Shown here: piece by piece, positions 26,656 through 35,002 of the stretch
How the letters are laid out: each line of letters starts with the position of its first letter
Numbering within the stretch: the first letter of the stretch is position 1
NCBI GenBank assembly: GCA_015067825.1
Contig: SVLQ01000003.1
Span: 35,944-99,943, forward strand
Origin: Oscillospiraceae bacterium
GTDB lineage: Bacteria; Bacillota; Clostridia; Oscillospirales; QAMX01
Direction: 5' to 3'
DNA length: 64,000 nt
Position numbers and translations under genes: made by a program
Notes under the pieces: generated by a model
What the model saw: only the letters and a program-made list of their open reading frames with translations
Told to the model about the DNA's origin: nothing
Databases searched by the model: none

Positions 26656-27675
26656 ATGCTGTTGTCCAATTCCATGCGCCGACTGCGGTCGATTGCAGCG
26701 GTTGCTCTTTGTCTGGTGATCCTCTGCCTGTGCGCTTGCTCGGCGGAGGTCGCCGGAGAAGCCGGATGCCTCTTTTTGAACGGCGAAAACGTCGCGGTCG
26801 ATTGGGTACTCAAGATCAACGGGAAAGAAGTCAGCGCCGATACCTACCGCTACCAGTTCCTGACGATGCGCGATGAAAATGACGAAGGCGACGAGAACTT
26901 TTGGACCGACGAAAACGCCGCGACTTTGAAAGAACAGGTCACCGAGTTTGTTGCTCTGCTCGTCACCGTCGAAGAACTCGCCGCCGACTACGGCATTGTG
27001 CGTGGGGCCGAATCTGCCGCCTATGCCGAACAGGAATTTTTGGCGACGCAGGCGGGCTTTGCCAGCGAAGAGGAGTTCCACGACGCCATGGCCGGGCTCT
27101 ATATGAACGAAACCTCGTATAAATACCAGCTGGAATCCGACTATCTGCAAATGCAGCTGTATTCGACGCTCTTCGGCGAAGGCGGCCGCTATGCGCTCAG
27201 CAACGAGGAATTTGTCGAGCTGGTCCGCAGCGACTATGTGCGCGTGCGCTATCTCGCGATCAACTACGATGCATCGAACTACGCTGAAAAACGTGCTCAC
27301 GCCGAAAATCTGGCACAGATGGCCACGGACGAGAACTTTGTCGAGCTTGTCAACCAGTACAGCGAAGAAAAGGGCATGGTCAGCAATCCCGACGGTCTCT
27401 ATCTCCGAGCGGGTATGACGACGGATGCGGCTTTTGAATCGGCCAGTTTTGCGCTGGAAGAAAACGAGATCAGCGGTCTTGTTGAGACCGACCACGCGTT
27501 CTACGTGATCAAGCGCCTTGCGCCGGAAACGGAGTACATCGAGCAGAATATCGAAGACATGATCAGTGACTACTACGGCAGTATCTTCTCGCAGCTCCTG
27601 CTGGATGCCGCTGAAGGCTATACGGTCGAATACGCCGAGATCTTCGACGAGATCAGCGTTTCGACGATGGGTTGA
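26656..27675 (+). CDS. Lipoprotein, PrsA/SurA-like foldase (parvulin-like C-terminal region)
   Basis: Signal peptide plus lipobox (LCLCAC|S). C-terminal ...FESASFALEENEISGLVETDHAFYVIKRL resembles the end of a parvulin domain. Confidence 0.45.
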   Translation: MLLSNSMRRLRSIAAVALCLVILCLCACSAEVAGEAGCLFLNGENVAVDWVLKINGKEVSADTYRYQFLTMRDENDEGDENFWTDENAATLKEQVTEFVALLVTVEELAADYGIVRGAESAAYAEQEFLATQAGFASEEEFHDAMAGLYMNETSYKYQLESDYLQMQLYSTLFGEGGRYALSNEEFVELVRSDYVRVRYLAINYDASNYAEKRAHAENLAQMATDENFVELVNQYSEEKGMVSNPDGLYLRAGMTTDAAFESASFALEENEISGLVETDHAFYVIKRLAPETEYIEQNIEDMISDYYGSIFSQLLLDAAEGYTVEYAEIFDEISVSTMG

Positions 27676-27689
27676 TCGATCCGTGCATT

Positions 27690-27734
27690 AAAAAAGACCG
27701 TTCTGACGGGTTGTCCGTCAGAACGGTCTTTTTG
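27690..27734. terminator. Bidirectional intrinsic terminator
   Basis: A-run, 14-bp perfect stem GACCGTTCTGACGG (27696-27709) / CCGTCAGAACGGTC (27715-27728), T-run. It lies between convergent genes. Confidence 0.85.
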
Positions 27735-27739
27735 CTTGC

Positions 27740-28894
27740 TCAATTTGCGGCAGGGAGAATATCGATGATCACGTATTCTGCCGGGGCGGAGGTTTTGATG
27801 GGGTATTTCCAGCCGGCGATCCCGGCAGTGACGAATCCGGCGAATCCGTCGGTCTCGACCAAGCCGTAATCATTGTCGTTGATCCCGAAGATCGCCAGCA
27901 GCCAGTTGACCGGCCAAAACTGCCCGGCGTGGGTATGGCCGGAGAGCAGCAGATCGGTGCCGGCGCGGATGTTTTCTTCGTAGTTCTGCGGCTGATGGTC
28001 GAGCACGAGCCAATAGTCGCTCGGGTCCGCGTCGGTAAACAGATTCTCCACGGACGAGCGCGGCGCGTTTCGCTCCATCGAAAGATCCTCGCGCCCGGCG
28101 ATCACCAGATCGTCGGCGGCGGCAACGGTGCTGTCGCAAAGGATCGTGATCCCGTTTTGCTCGATCGCATCTACGAGCTCGTCGGTGGTGTATTTCGAAT
28201 GCTGCGAGTAGCGCTGGCGGTCGTGATTCCCGTAGGAAAAGTACGTCCCAAGCGTGGTCTCGACCGAGCCAAACGCCTTGTAGACCGCCTGCATCTGCGC
28301 TTTGGTCGTGCTTTCGTCGGTGATGTCGCCGACCAGACAAAGTACGTCAACGCCTTGCGCGCTGATCTCGTCGCAGACCGCCTGCAGCTCGGCTTCGTCG
28401 ATGGAAACGCCGAAGTGCAGATCGGCAATCAATGCCACACGGTAACCCTCACTGCGGATCGCCTTGTCTGTTTCGACTGTAACGGCCGTCTGCGAAACGT
28501 TTTGCATGTTCCAATATCCAATCCCCATCAGCGCGGAAGTGACCAGAACGGGGGCGAGAAAGGCCTTGTGCAGCATTCCGAGGGCTTTGGGCAGGCCTTC
28601 CTTGCAGAGTCGGTGCAGAAGCAGAAAGATGAGGTCGGTGAGCATCGAGAAAAAGAGGAAATGGAGCAGGATGACACCGGACATCGAAAAGAGGTTGAGC
28701 GAACAAAGCATAATGAAAACGGCGAGGACGATCAGCAGAGCCGTGCGCGGCTTCGTATCCGTGCGCAGGCGCAGATTGCCGGCTGTGCGGCGCAGTACGC
28801 GGAAAACGTAGTACCCCATACCAACTGCCGCGGCCAAAAGAAAGACCAGTAAAACGGCCATACCGCCGGAAAATCGCATACGCATCCCTCCCAA
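27740..28894 (-). CDS. Membrane-anchored metallophosphoesterase (YkuE-like)
   Basis: N-terminal TM helices followed by DLHFG, GDITD, GNHD and GHTHAGQ. The start is uncertain: TTG 28894, or ATG 28879 with GGGAGGG 6 nt upstream. Confidence 0.8.
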   Translation of the reverse strand: MGGMRMRFSGGMAVLLVFLLAAAVGMGYYVFRVLRRTAGNLRLRTDTKPRTALLIVLAVFIMLCSLNLFSMSGVILLHFLFFSMLTDLIFLLLHRLCKEGLPKALGMLHKAFLAPVLVTSALMGIGYWNMQNVSQTAVTVETDKAIRSEGYRVALIADLHFGVSIDEAELQAVCDEISAQGVDVLCLVGDITDESTTKAQMQAVYKAFGSVETTLGTYFSYGNHDRQRYSQHSKYTTDELVDAIEQNGITILCDSTVAAADDLVIAGREDLSMERNAPRSSVENLFTDADPSDYWLVLDHQPQNYEENIRAGTDLLLSGHTHAGQFWPVNWLLAIFGINDNDYGLVETDGFAGFVTAGIAGWKYPIKTSAPAEYVIIDILPAAN

Positions 28895-28961
28895 AAATCT
28901 CTCCCATATTCTACAGAAGAGCCACAGTCAAATCAAGCAGAATTTTGTAAACAAACGGCGG

Positions 28962-29855
28962 TCAATGATTTTCGCAGTCGCTATTTTCCGAAGCGTTCTC
29001 TTTCGGCAACAGCATCAAACCGAGGAAACAAGCAAACGGAATGCAGGAATAGAGCAGCCATGCCGCCAGTTCCCACGAGGAACGATCCCAAAACCGAATG
29101 AGCCCCGGGAAGTCTGAAAAGATGCCGGGGAAATGCACGTCAAGGGGAGAAACGGTGTAGGGGACGAGAAGGTGTGGGTATATAAGAATGAAAAGCAAAA
29201 ATGCTAACGCTTCCAGAACAGGCAGCTTTCGGCGAGGGTTGGGCGAAGAGATTTCCTTTGCCAAAAGCATCGCAAAAAGTCCTGCTAAAAGCTCAAGGAC
29301 AAAACCGACTAAAATCCAATAGTCATCACCTCGAGCGGAAACTCTTGCCAAGGCAAAGAAACAACCGTAAATTGCTTCTCCGAAATAGGCCGCCCCTGTC
29401 AACGCCAGTGCGCCGGAAAACAGCGCAGTTGGCCGACGGCCGAAGCAGGCGAGAAAATAAACCGTCAGCATGACCCCAGCGAGGATGTGCAGCAAAAACC
29501 AGTGGCGCGAGAAGTAGAAAACGCTCTCGAGAAACTGCAGGGAAGGAATCAGATTGCAGATGTAAAAGACTGTTGCGGCCATTGCACAGGCTGCCGCCAC
29601 AACGCGCAAAGCCGTTTGCCATCGACCCTGTTTGCGATGCAGCAAAACCTCGTGGCGTCCGTGGGCGGCATACGCCCAATATCCGCTGAATCCTATACCG
29701 ATCAGGATTGCAGACGGCAGATAAAGGAAGATCCGGCTGATCGCGGAATATGTTTTTGTTGTGGATTCAGCGGCAAATCCGGGAACAAACAGAATGAAAC
29801 AAAGCGAAAGCAGTCCGATTCCGCCAAGCGATAAACGGGTCAGTCCTTTTCTCAT
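28962..29855 (-). CDS. Unknown polytopic membrane protein, paralog 1 of 3 (297 aa)
   Basis: MRKGLTRLSLGG... Multiple hydrophobic helices. Shares VFY(I/L)xNLIP(S/P)LQ(F/W) and Y(F/L)L..(F/Y)(G/S)R(R/K)P blocks with paralog 2. RBS GGGAGGTTTCACAATG. Confidence 0.7.
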   Translation of the reverse strand: MRKGLTRLSLGGIGLLSLCFILFVPGFAAESTTKTYSAISRIFLYLPSAILIGIGFSGYWAYAAHGRHEVLLHRKQGRWQTALRVVAAACAMAATVFYICNLIPSLQFLESVFYFSRHWFLLHILAGVMLTVYFLACFGRRPTALFSGALALTGAAYFGEAIYGCFFALARVSARGDDYWILVGFVLELLAGLFAMLLAKEISSPNPRRKLPVLEALAFLLFILIYPHLLVPYTVSPLDVHFPGIFSDFPGLIRFWDRSSWELAAWLLYSCIPFACFLGLMLLPKENASENSDCENH

Positions 29856-29871
29856 TGTGAAACCTCCCTTT

Positions 29872-30765
29872 TTATGTCGGTATAACCGGAACCTCCGCGC
29901 ACTGATCCGGCTCTTTGTTTTGCACGCGCAGCGGGAGAAATACTGTCGAGATCAGCATGGCCACAAACAGTCCGGTCATCGGCAGGATGACAAGGAAGAA
30001 TTCTCCGATCGGCAAAAGTTTGCAAACAGGGTGGCCAAGCCCATTGGTTATGGAATAGAGGACGGCAAAAAAGAAAAGATTGGCCAAAAATGAAAGCGAA
30101 CCGGCGATACGGAATTTTTTTGTGCTGCGGCGAGCAGGGCGGGTGAGAATGGCGAGATAGGCGAGCAGGGAAGTTGCGGCGAGCCCGATAAATAAGAACG
30201 GGAGAAATGACAAAGCTTCATCCGCTCCGAAGGTAAGCCCGAAAATGACAGACACCGAGATCAGTAACGGGAAGAATAGCTGTCCTGCGGCGGCAAGCCA
30301 AAAGGCTGCCGGAAGAAGTTGAGAGGGCTTACGGCTGTAGAAGAACAGCAGATAGATCGTCAGACACAAGGCGCTGAGCCCCCAAAATGGAAATATCAGA
30401 AGACCATATGGATCGGTATCCAACTTGAACCATTGCAGCGGCGGGATCAGGTTGACCAGATAAAATACCGAACTGTACGCTGCCAATGCGGCTGCGAGAT
30501 AGCGTAAAACCGTGTGCAGTCGGCTGCCATCGGCATGCAGGACTGTGTCAACCGAAGTCCCGAATTCGTAAGCGCGCAGCCCTGATATGATCAAAACGAT
30601 ACCAACGATTCCGGGAGCGCCATTGAGAAGCAACATGACCAAATTGACCGGATCAAACATGTCTTTGAGGCGATGAATATCGAGAAAGTCGCCTTCCGAG
30701 ATGAAAACTGCGGCCAAACCGAGACCGAGCAAACCGAGCAATATGCGGATCAAACCTTTTCTCAT
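29872..30765 (-). CDS. Unknown polytopic membrane protein, paralog 2 of 3 (297 aa)
   Basis: MRKGLIRILLGL... RBS AAGGAGGTTTACGATG. It ends 16 nt before paralog 1 starts. Confidence 0.7.
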   Translation of the reverse strand: MRKGLIRILLGLLGLGLAAVFISEGDFLDIHRLKDMFDPVNLVMLLLNGAPGIVGIVLIISGLRAYEFGTSVDTVLHADGSRLHTVLRYLAAALAAYSSVFYLVNLIPPLQWFKLDTDPYGLLIFPFWGLSALCLTIYLLFFYSRKPSQLLPAAFWLAAAGQLFFPLLISVSVIFGLTFGADEALSFLPFLFIGLAATSLLAYLAILTRPARRSTKKFRIAGSLSFLANLFFFAVLYSITNGLGHPVCKLLPIGEFFLVILPMTGLFVAMLISTVFLPLRVQNKEPDQCAEVPVIPT

Positions 30766-30798
30766 CGTAAACCTCCTTTACGTGCGGTGGGAAGAAGC

Positions 30799-31665
30799 TT
30801 AATTCTTCCCTTCCTGATTGTACAGCGGTAGCTGGTTCAGCACCAAACAAGCAATGACGGGCAAAAGCATTTGCGGCAGATATTCTTGCAGAAAAGCGAT
30901 CCACAAAGCGGATGCCGGCGGATTATTGTAAAGGGAATAGTACGAAACGTATTGCATAAGAAATGCTGTACACAGCAAAACCGCACAACTTAAACTGCAA
31001 CTGCGAATTGTTTTGCGCACGGGTGTTTCGGCATACAAGGCTTTGGCAATCTGTAAGTATCCAACTCCGGCAAAGACGAACAACGGATATGGCAGCAAAA
31101 GGAAAATTTCGGCCACGATATTGGTATTCCCACGCAACGCCGACCAAAGAATCAGCAATAGCTGCAGTACGTTTTCCGAAAAATAAACATAGCCGAATAG
31201 TGCGATCGCCGCGACCAATAAACCGTGAGACCGTCTTTTGATGAGCAGGATAGAGTAGGCTGTAATCAAACCGATGCCGATCGCCAACGCTAGGTGATTT
31301 AAATTGGGAATGATTTCAAGCTCTATTCGGGTCGGGGAGTGGCGCTCTATCGAAGACTCTGAACATGTAAGAATACCGTAAAACGCCATACAGAGCAGCG
31401 ACGGGAGAAGGATGCCGACGGCAAACGTCAATTCCTTTCGGGAAAGCTTGATATGCGGTAAAATGTCAAACCGTTCGCCTTGGCAGAAAGCACGAATCCC
31501 GGAAATCAGTATGGCGAGCCAAACAATCGCAGGGTGGCACATGATGATCCAGGCGGTGACGATTTCTCCGATGCTTTTGTTTCGGGTATTCAGATTCAAA
31601 AGAATCAGCAGCCAAAGAACCGTAAAAATTCCGCCGACAACCATCCGAATGATTCCTTTTCTCAT
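30799..31665 (-). CDS. Unknown polytopic membrane protein, paralog 3 of 3 (288 aa, most divergent)
   Basis: True start is ATG at complement 31665 (RBS AAGGAGGTTTTACGATG), giving MRKGIIRMVVGG... The 663-aa track ORF (30799..32790) is a read-through extension antisense to the dehydrogenase gene. Confidence 0.65.
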   Translation of the reverse strand: MRKGIIRMVVGGIFTVLWLLILLNLNTRNKSIGEIVTAWIIMCHPAIVWLAILISGIRAFCQGERFDILPHIKLSRKELTFAVGILLPSLLCMAFYGILTCSESSIERHSPTRIELEIIPNLNHLALAIGIGLITAYSILLIKRRSHGLLVAAIALFGYVYFSENVLQLLLILWSALRGNTNIVAEIFLLLPYPLFVFAGVGYLQIAKALYAETPVRKTIRSCSLSCAVLLCTAFLMQYVSYYSLYNNPPASALWIAFLQEYLPQMLLPVIACLVLNQLPLYNQEGKN

Positions 31666-31722
31666 CGTAAAACCTCCTTGTGCAAAATTGGCGGAAAACC
31701 AAATATCGCCTCCTCTGAATTT

Positions 31723-31751
31723 ATTATAACATAAGGATATCGGTGTGTAAA
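31723..31751 (-). promoter_or_regulatory. sigma-A-type promoter for the three-paralog operon
   Basis: On the minus strand: TTTACA (31751-31746), 17-nt spacer, TATAAT (31728-31723), about 57 nt upstream of the paralog-3 ATG. Confidence 0.55.
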
Positions 31752-31810
31752 TACGGAAATATGGACAAACCGCAAGGAATCGCAATAAAATATGCAGTTT
31801 GGAAGACGGC

Positions 31811-31839
31811 TTGACAAATTCCTTGTCGGCGGATACAAT
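31811..31839 (+). promoter_or_regulatory. sigma-A-type promoter for the dehydrogenase gene
   Basis: TTGACA (31811-31816), 17-nt spacer, TACAAT (31834-31839). Confidence 0.6.
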
Positions 31840-31875
31840 AACAGTAGCGATGAAGCATACAACGCCAAAGGCGAA

Positions 31876-32844
31876 ATGAGGGTTTTTATGACCGCGATCT
31901 ATCTCTGCGAGCATGTCCAGAACGTCCGCAATGTTTACCAAACCGAAGATCCCGTGTTCCGCAAGGCCGATCTGCTGGCCGATCCGGCTGCGTTTGCCGA
32001 AACGGAGTACGTTTTTTCTACGTGGGGAATGCCCCCTTTGAACGAGGCGGAGATCCGCCATCTGCTGCCGCGGCTGAAAGCCGTTTTCTACGCTGCCGGA
32101 TCGGTGCAGGCGTTTGCCCGCCCGTTTCTCGCGTCCGGTGTCAAGGTCTTTTCCGCGTGGGCGGCCAATGCCGTGCCGGTCGCGGAATACACGGTGGCGC
32201 AGATCATTCTCGCCAACAAAGGCTTTTTCCGCTCGATGCGCTATACCGATCGCAAGCGCGCCGAGGCCGATTCTGCGGCCTATCCCGGTAACTATGATGC
32301 GAAGGTCGGCATCATCGGTGCCGGCATGATCGGCAAACTGGTGATCCGGAAGCTGAAGGACTACGCACTTGAGGTGCTCGTGTTCGATCCGTTCCTGCCC
32401 GACGAAACGGCAGCGGAGCTCGGCGTAAAGAAGGTTGATCTGCAAACGATCTTTGCCGAGTGCGACGTGGTTTCCAATCACCTCGCCAACAATGCCGAGA
32501 CGCAAGGAATGCTCAACGGCGCGCTTTTTGCATCGATGCGCCCCAACGCCACCTTTTTGAATACCGGCCGTGGCGCACAGGTGGTCGAGGCCGATCTGAT
32601 CCGCTCGCTCCAATCCCGCCCCGACCTGACCGCGATCCTCGACGTCACCGATCCCGAACCGCCCTTGCCCGGAAGTCCGCTCTACTCGCTTACTAACTGC
32701 ATCCTGACCCCGCATATCGCCGGCAGCAGCGGCAGGGAAGTGCGGCGCATGGGTGAGTTCATGCGCGAGGAATATGAAAATCTGACGCAAAATAGACCCT
32801 GCCGCTACGAAGTGACGGCAGAAATGCTCAAAACGATGGCATAG
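31876..32844 (+). CDS. D-isomer-specific 2-hydroxyacid dehydrogenase family protein
   Basis: Start at ATG 31876 or 31888 (GAGGG RBS). NAD motif GIIGAGMIG; NTGRG; catalytic-region ILTPHIAGSS. Confidence 0.85.
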   Translation: MRVFMTAIYLCEHVQNVRNVYQTEDPVFRKADLLADPAAFAETEYVFSTWGMPPLNEAEIRHLLPRLKAVFYAAGSVQAFARPFLASGVKVFSAWAANAVPVAEYTVAQIILANKGFFRSMRYTDRKRAEADSAAYPGNYDAKVGIIGAGMIGKLVIRKLKDYALEVLVFDPFLPDETAAELGVKKVDLQTIFAECDVVSNHLANNAETQGMLNGALFASMRPNATFLNTGRGAQVVEADLIRSLQSRPDLTAILDVTDPEPPLPGSPLYSLTNCILTPHIAGSSGREVRRMGEFMREEYENLTQNRPCRYEVTAEMLKTMA

Positions 32845-32878
32845 AAAACGGCGGCCAAAGCGAATGCTTTGGCCGCCG
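32845..32878 (-). terminator. Intrinsic terminator (U-tract on the minus strand) between convergent genes
   Basis: 13-bp stem CGGCGGCCAAAGC (32849-32861) / GCTTTGGCCGCCG (32866-32878). The T-run is only on the minus-strand reading. Confidence 0.7.
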
Positions 32879-32894
32879 AGCTGTATATAGTGGC

Positions 32895-33965
32895 TTACGC
32901 GAGAGAGAGAAGCAAATCACTCCAACGCGCGGTTTCCCGGAGTGGTGCGTAAACCGCGCGTTCTGCTGAAGTGATTGCCCCAACCATATCGTCTTTCGCA
33001 GATGCTTGTGTCAAATCGACATCGAATTCTGCCGAAACGAGATAGGCCGGTATATCATGGTTTGCGGCGTAATGATCAAATGCGACCGCGTGGTCCCGTG
33101 CTGTTTCTAAGGCACACCATGCATCGTCAAATGCGTTTTGCGATGCATATGCCCAAGCTAACAACTCATAACAGGCGGATAACTCGGCCCCAAACCGGGA
33201 GTCAGTAGCAGCCTCGGATAGAATCTTGATTGCCCACGTACATTTAGAAATGACTGCATCGCTGTCTTGGGTACGGTACAATACCGTTGCGTACCACGAA
33301 AACAACTGTGAGAACTCATAGATTGTGCGATCCAACAGGAGTTTCAGGTTGTCCTTGGCCGATACGTCGCTTTGGGCAATAATTGCTGCTTGTGTGAGCT
33401 GTGGGAAAAGCCCTGGGATATTGCTGCCGATTTGGGAACAGCATGTTTTAGCGTGTTCATAATCGCCCCGGAGACAATAAAGATTAGCCAGATAGTTCAT
33501 TGCCCACGATTTTCGAGCAACAACGGGGTCGTTTTCGGCAACCGCAGAAAAGAGCGTAAATGCTTCGCTTTCTAAAAGCTCTCTTTCGTTTTTGCCTTTG
33601 CCTCGGGTGGCGAGCAGCTTGTGACGCGCGAGTTCGAACATTAAATGGGTGTTAGCAGGATATCGTTTGGATGCATGTGCAAGAAGTTCCAGCGCTTTCT
33701 CGGCATTGCCTGCATGGTAATATGTGTTTGCTTCGGCTACTATGTCAGCTGCAGTTTTCTTGATTTGGGTGTTATAGCCGAGGAGATAGACGACGGAACA
33801 GTCAAATATTTCGGCTAATTTTGGCAGTAGGGTAATATCCGGGTAAGCGTTACATGTTTCCCATTTGGAGACTGCGGCAATAGAGACGCCGAGCATATCA
33901 GCCAAACGCTCTTGAGTATATCCGCGTTCGCGGCGCAAGGAAAATATGGTCTCATGAATGTTCAT
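32895..33965 (-). CDS. XRE-family HTH + TPR-repeat transcriptional regulator (RRNPP-like architecture)
   Basis: 356 aa. N-terminus LRRERGYTQERLADMLGVSIAAVSKWETCNAYPDITLLPKLAEIF (Cro/C1 HTH). The remainder is TPR-like helical repeats (YYHAGNAEKALELL..., LANLYCLRGDYEHAK...). By eye the gene is more A/T-rich than its flanks. Confidence 0.8.
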   Translation of the reverse strand: MNIHETIFSLRRERGYTQERLADMLGVSIAAVSKWETCNAYPDITLLPKLAEIFDCSVVYLLGYNTQIKKTAADIVAEANTYYHAGNAEKALELLAHASKRYPANTHLMFELARHKLLATRGKGKNERELLESEAFTLFSAVAENDPVVARKSWAMNYLANLYCLRGDYEHAKTCCSQIGSNIPGLFPQLTQAAIIAQSDVSAKDNLKLLLDRTIYEFSQLFSWYATVLYRTQDSDAVISKCTWAIKILSEAATDSRFGAELSACYELLAWAYASQNAFDDAWCALETARDHAVAFDHYAANHDIPAYLVSAEFDVDLTQASAKDDMVGAITSAERAVYAPLRETARWSDLLLSLA

Positions 33966-34101
33966 ATGCGTTCCTCCTGATATTTTTTTGTAAGCTTACA
34001 GTTATATTATACACAGGAGTGGCATCAAACACAATGGAATGATTTTCGAATTGGTTGTAAGAATTTTTAACTGATAGTTGAATATCTATCGAACCAAAGC
34101 T

Positions 34102-34137
34102 TATCCCCCGCGCATTCCACAAAATGCGCGGGGGATA
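34102..34137 (-). terminator. GC-rich hairpin downstream of the EamA gene
   Basis: TATCCCCCGCGCA (34102-34114) / TGCGCGGGGGATA (34125-34137). The U-tract is weak. Confidence 0.55.
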
Positions 34138-34162
34138 AGGATGAAGGTCTCTTGCTTGGTTC

Positions 34163-34999
34163 TTAAACTTTCAGCAGTACGATCGAAGCAACGCCGATGA
34201 CCAAACCTATGGTTTGCAGAAGCTTCAGCTTTTCCTTGAAGCACAAAATTCCGATGCCCCAGACGGCGATCATCTGGGCGATGGAAACGATCGGGAACAG
34301 TACGGATGCGTTTTCCGTCGCAGACAGGTACAGCACGATATAGGTTGAGCTGCAGTTGGCAACGCCGGCCAGCAGCCCCAGAAAACTCGGCCGAAACGCT
34401 TCTTTTTGTTCTCTTTTGGCGTAAATGATTGCCACCAGAATGAGCGAGATGCAGAGCATCGCCCAAAACATAAACTCTGTTCTGTAGAGCGCAGGGAATT
34501 TGATTTGGTGCAGCTTTTGTACGACCGAGCAGACACCGTTTGTAAGCAAGGTGGCCAGCGAATAAAACAGCCATTTTGCGGAGAATCCGTTTTCTTTTTT
34601 TCGGTTGATCAGCAGCATAGAGAGCAGCAGCAGAACGATCCCGATCGTTTTGAAGACCGTCAATTGTTCATCCCAAAAGATGATTCCGAAGAAAAAGGGG
34701 ATGACCAGCGAAAACGCGGCGATGGTGCTCGTCAGGGCCATCGGGCCGATGGCTAAAGCTTTTAGGCCCGTGTGCATAGAGATGCAAAGCGAAATGCCGT
34801 AACCGACTCCGAACAGGACGGTTGGAAGGTGAAAGGAAAAACCGGCTACGATGCCGATGGCGAGGAACAGGATCGCACCGATCGCCGCTTTCGCAATGTT
34901 AAAGCGCAGCGTACCTCCGCCGCGCTTGGCGTAGTACTTGCCAAGCGTGGATTGTCCGGCTGAACAGACGACGTTGAGTAAATAGAGGATCGCGGTCAT
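34163..34999 (-). CDS. EamA/DMT-superfamily transporter
   Basis: 278 aa, about 10 TM helices, with two EamA-like halves. Confidence 0.7.
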   Translation of the reverse strand: MTAILYLLNVVCSAGQSTLGKYYAKRGGGTLRFNIAKAAIGAILFLAIGIVAGFSFHLPTVLFGVGYGISLCISMHTGLKALAIGPMALTSTIAAFSLVIPFFFGIIFWDEQLTVFKTIGIVLLLLSMLLINRKKENGFSAKWLFYSLATLLTNGVCSVVQKLHQIKFPALYRTEFMFWAMLCISLILVAIIYAKREQKEAFRPSFLGLLAGVANCSSTYIVLYLSATENASVLFPIVSIAQMIAVWGIGILCFKEKLKLLQTIGLVIGVASIVLLKV

Positions 35000-35002
35000 A
35001 TT

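Noticed and set aside
30799-32790. The 663-aa minus-strand ORF that appears to be one large protein.
   Set aside because: Only its last 288 codons (from ATG at 31665, with its own GGAGG RBS and upstream promoter) form the membrane paralog. The upstream ~375 codons are the in-phase antisense of the 2-hydroxyacid dehydrogenase gene plus read-through of the intergenic region.
34039-34199. Candidate signalling-peptide mini-ORFs near the XRE-TPR regulator: MIFELVVRIFN (34039-34074) and MKVSCLVLKLSAVRSKQRR (34140-34199).
   Set aside because: The first has its nearest AGGAG about 20 nt away, which is poor spacing, and is only 11 codons long. The second overlaps the EamA terminator hairpin and the antisense of the EamA 3' end. 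Neither resembles known RRNPP propeptides convincingly, and both are unsupported without expression data.
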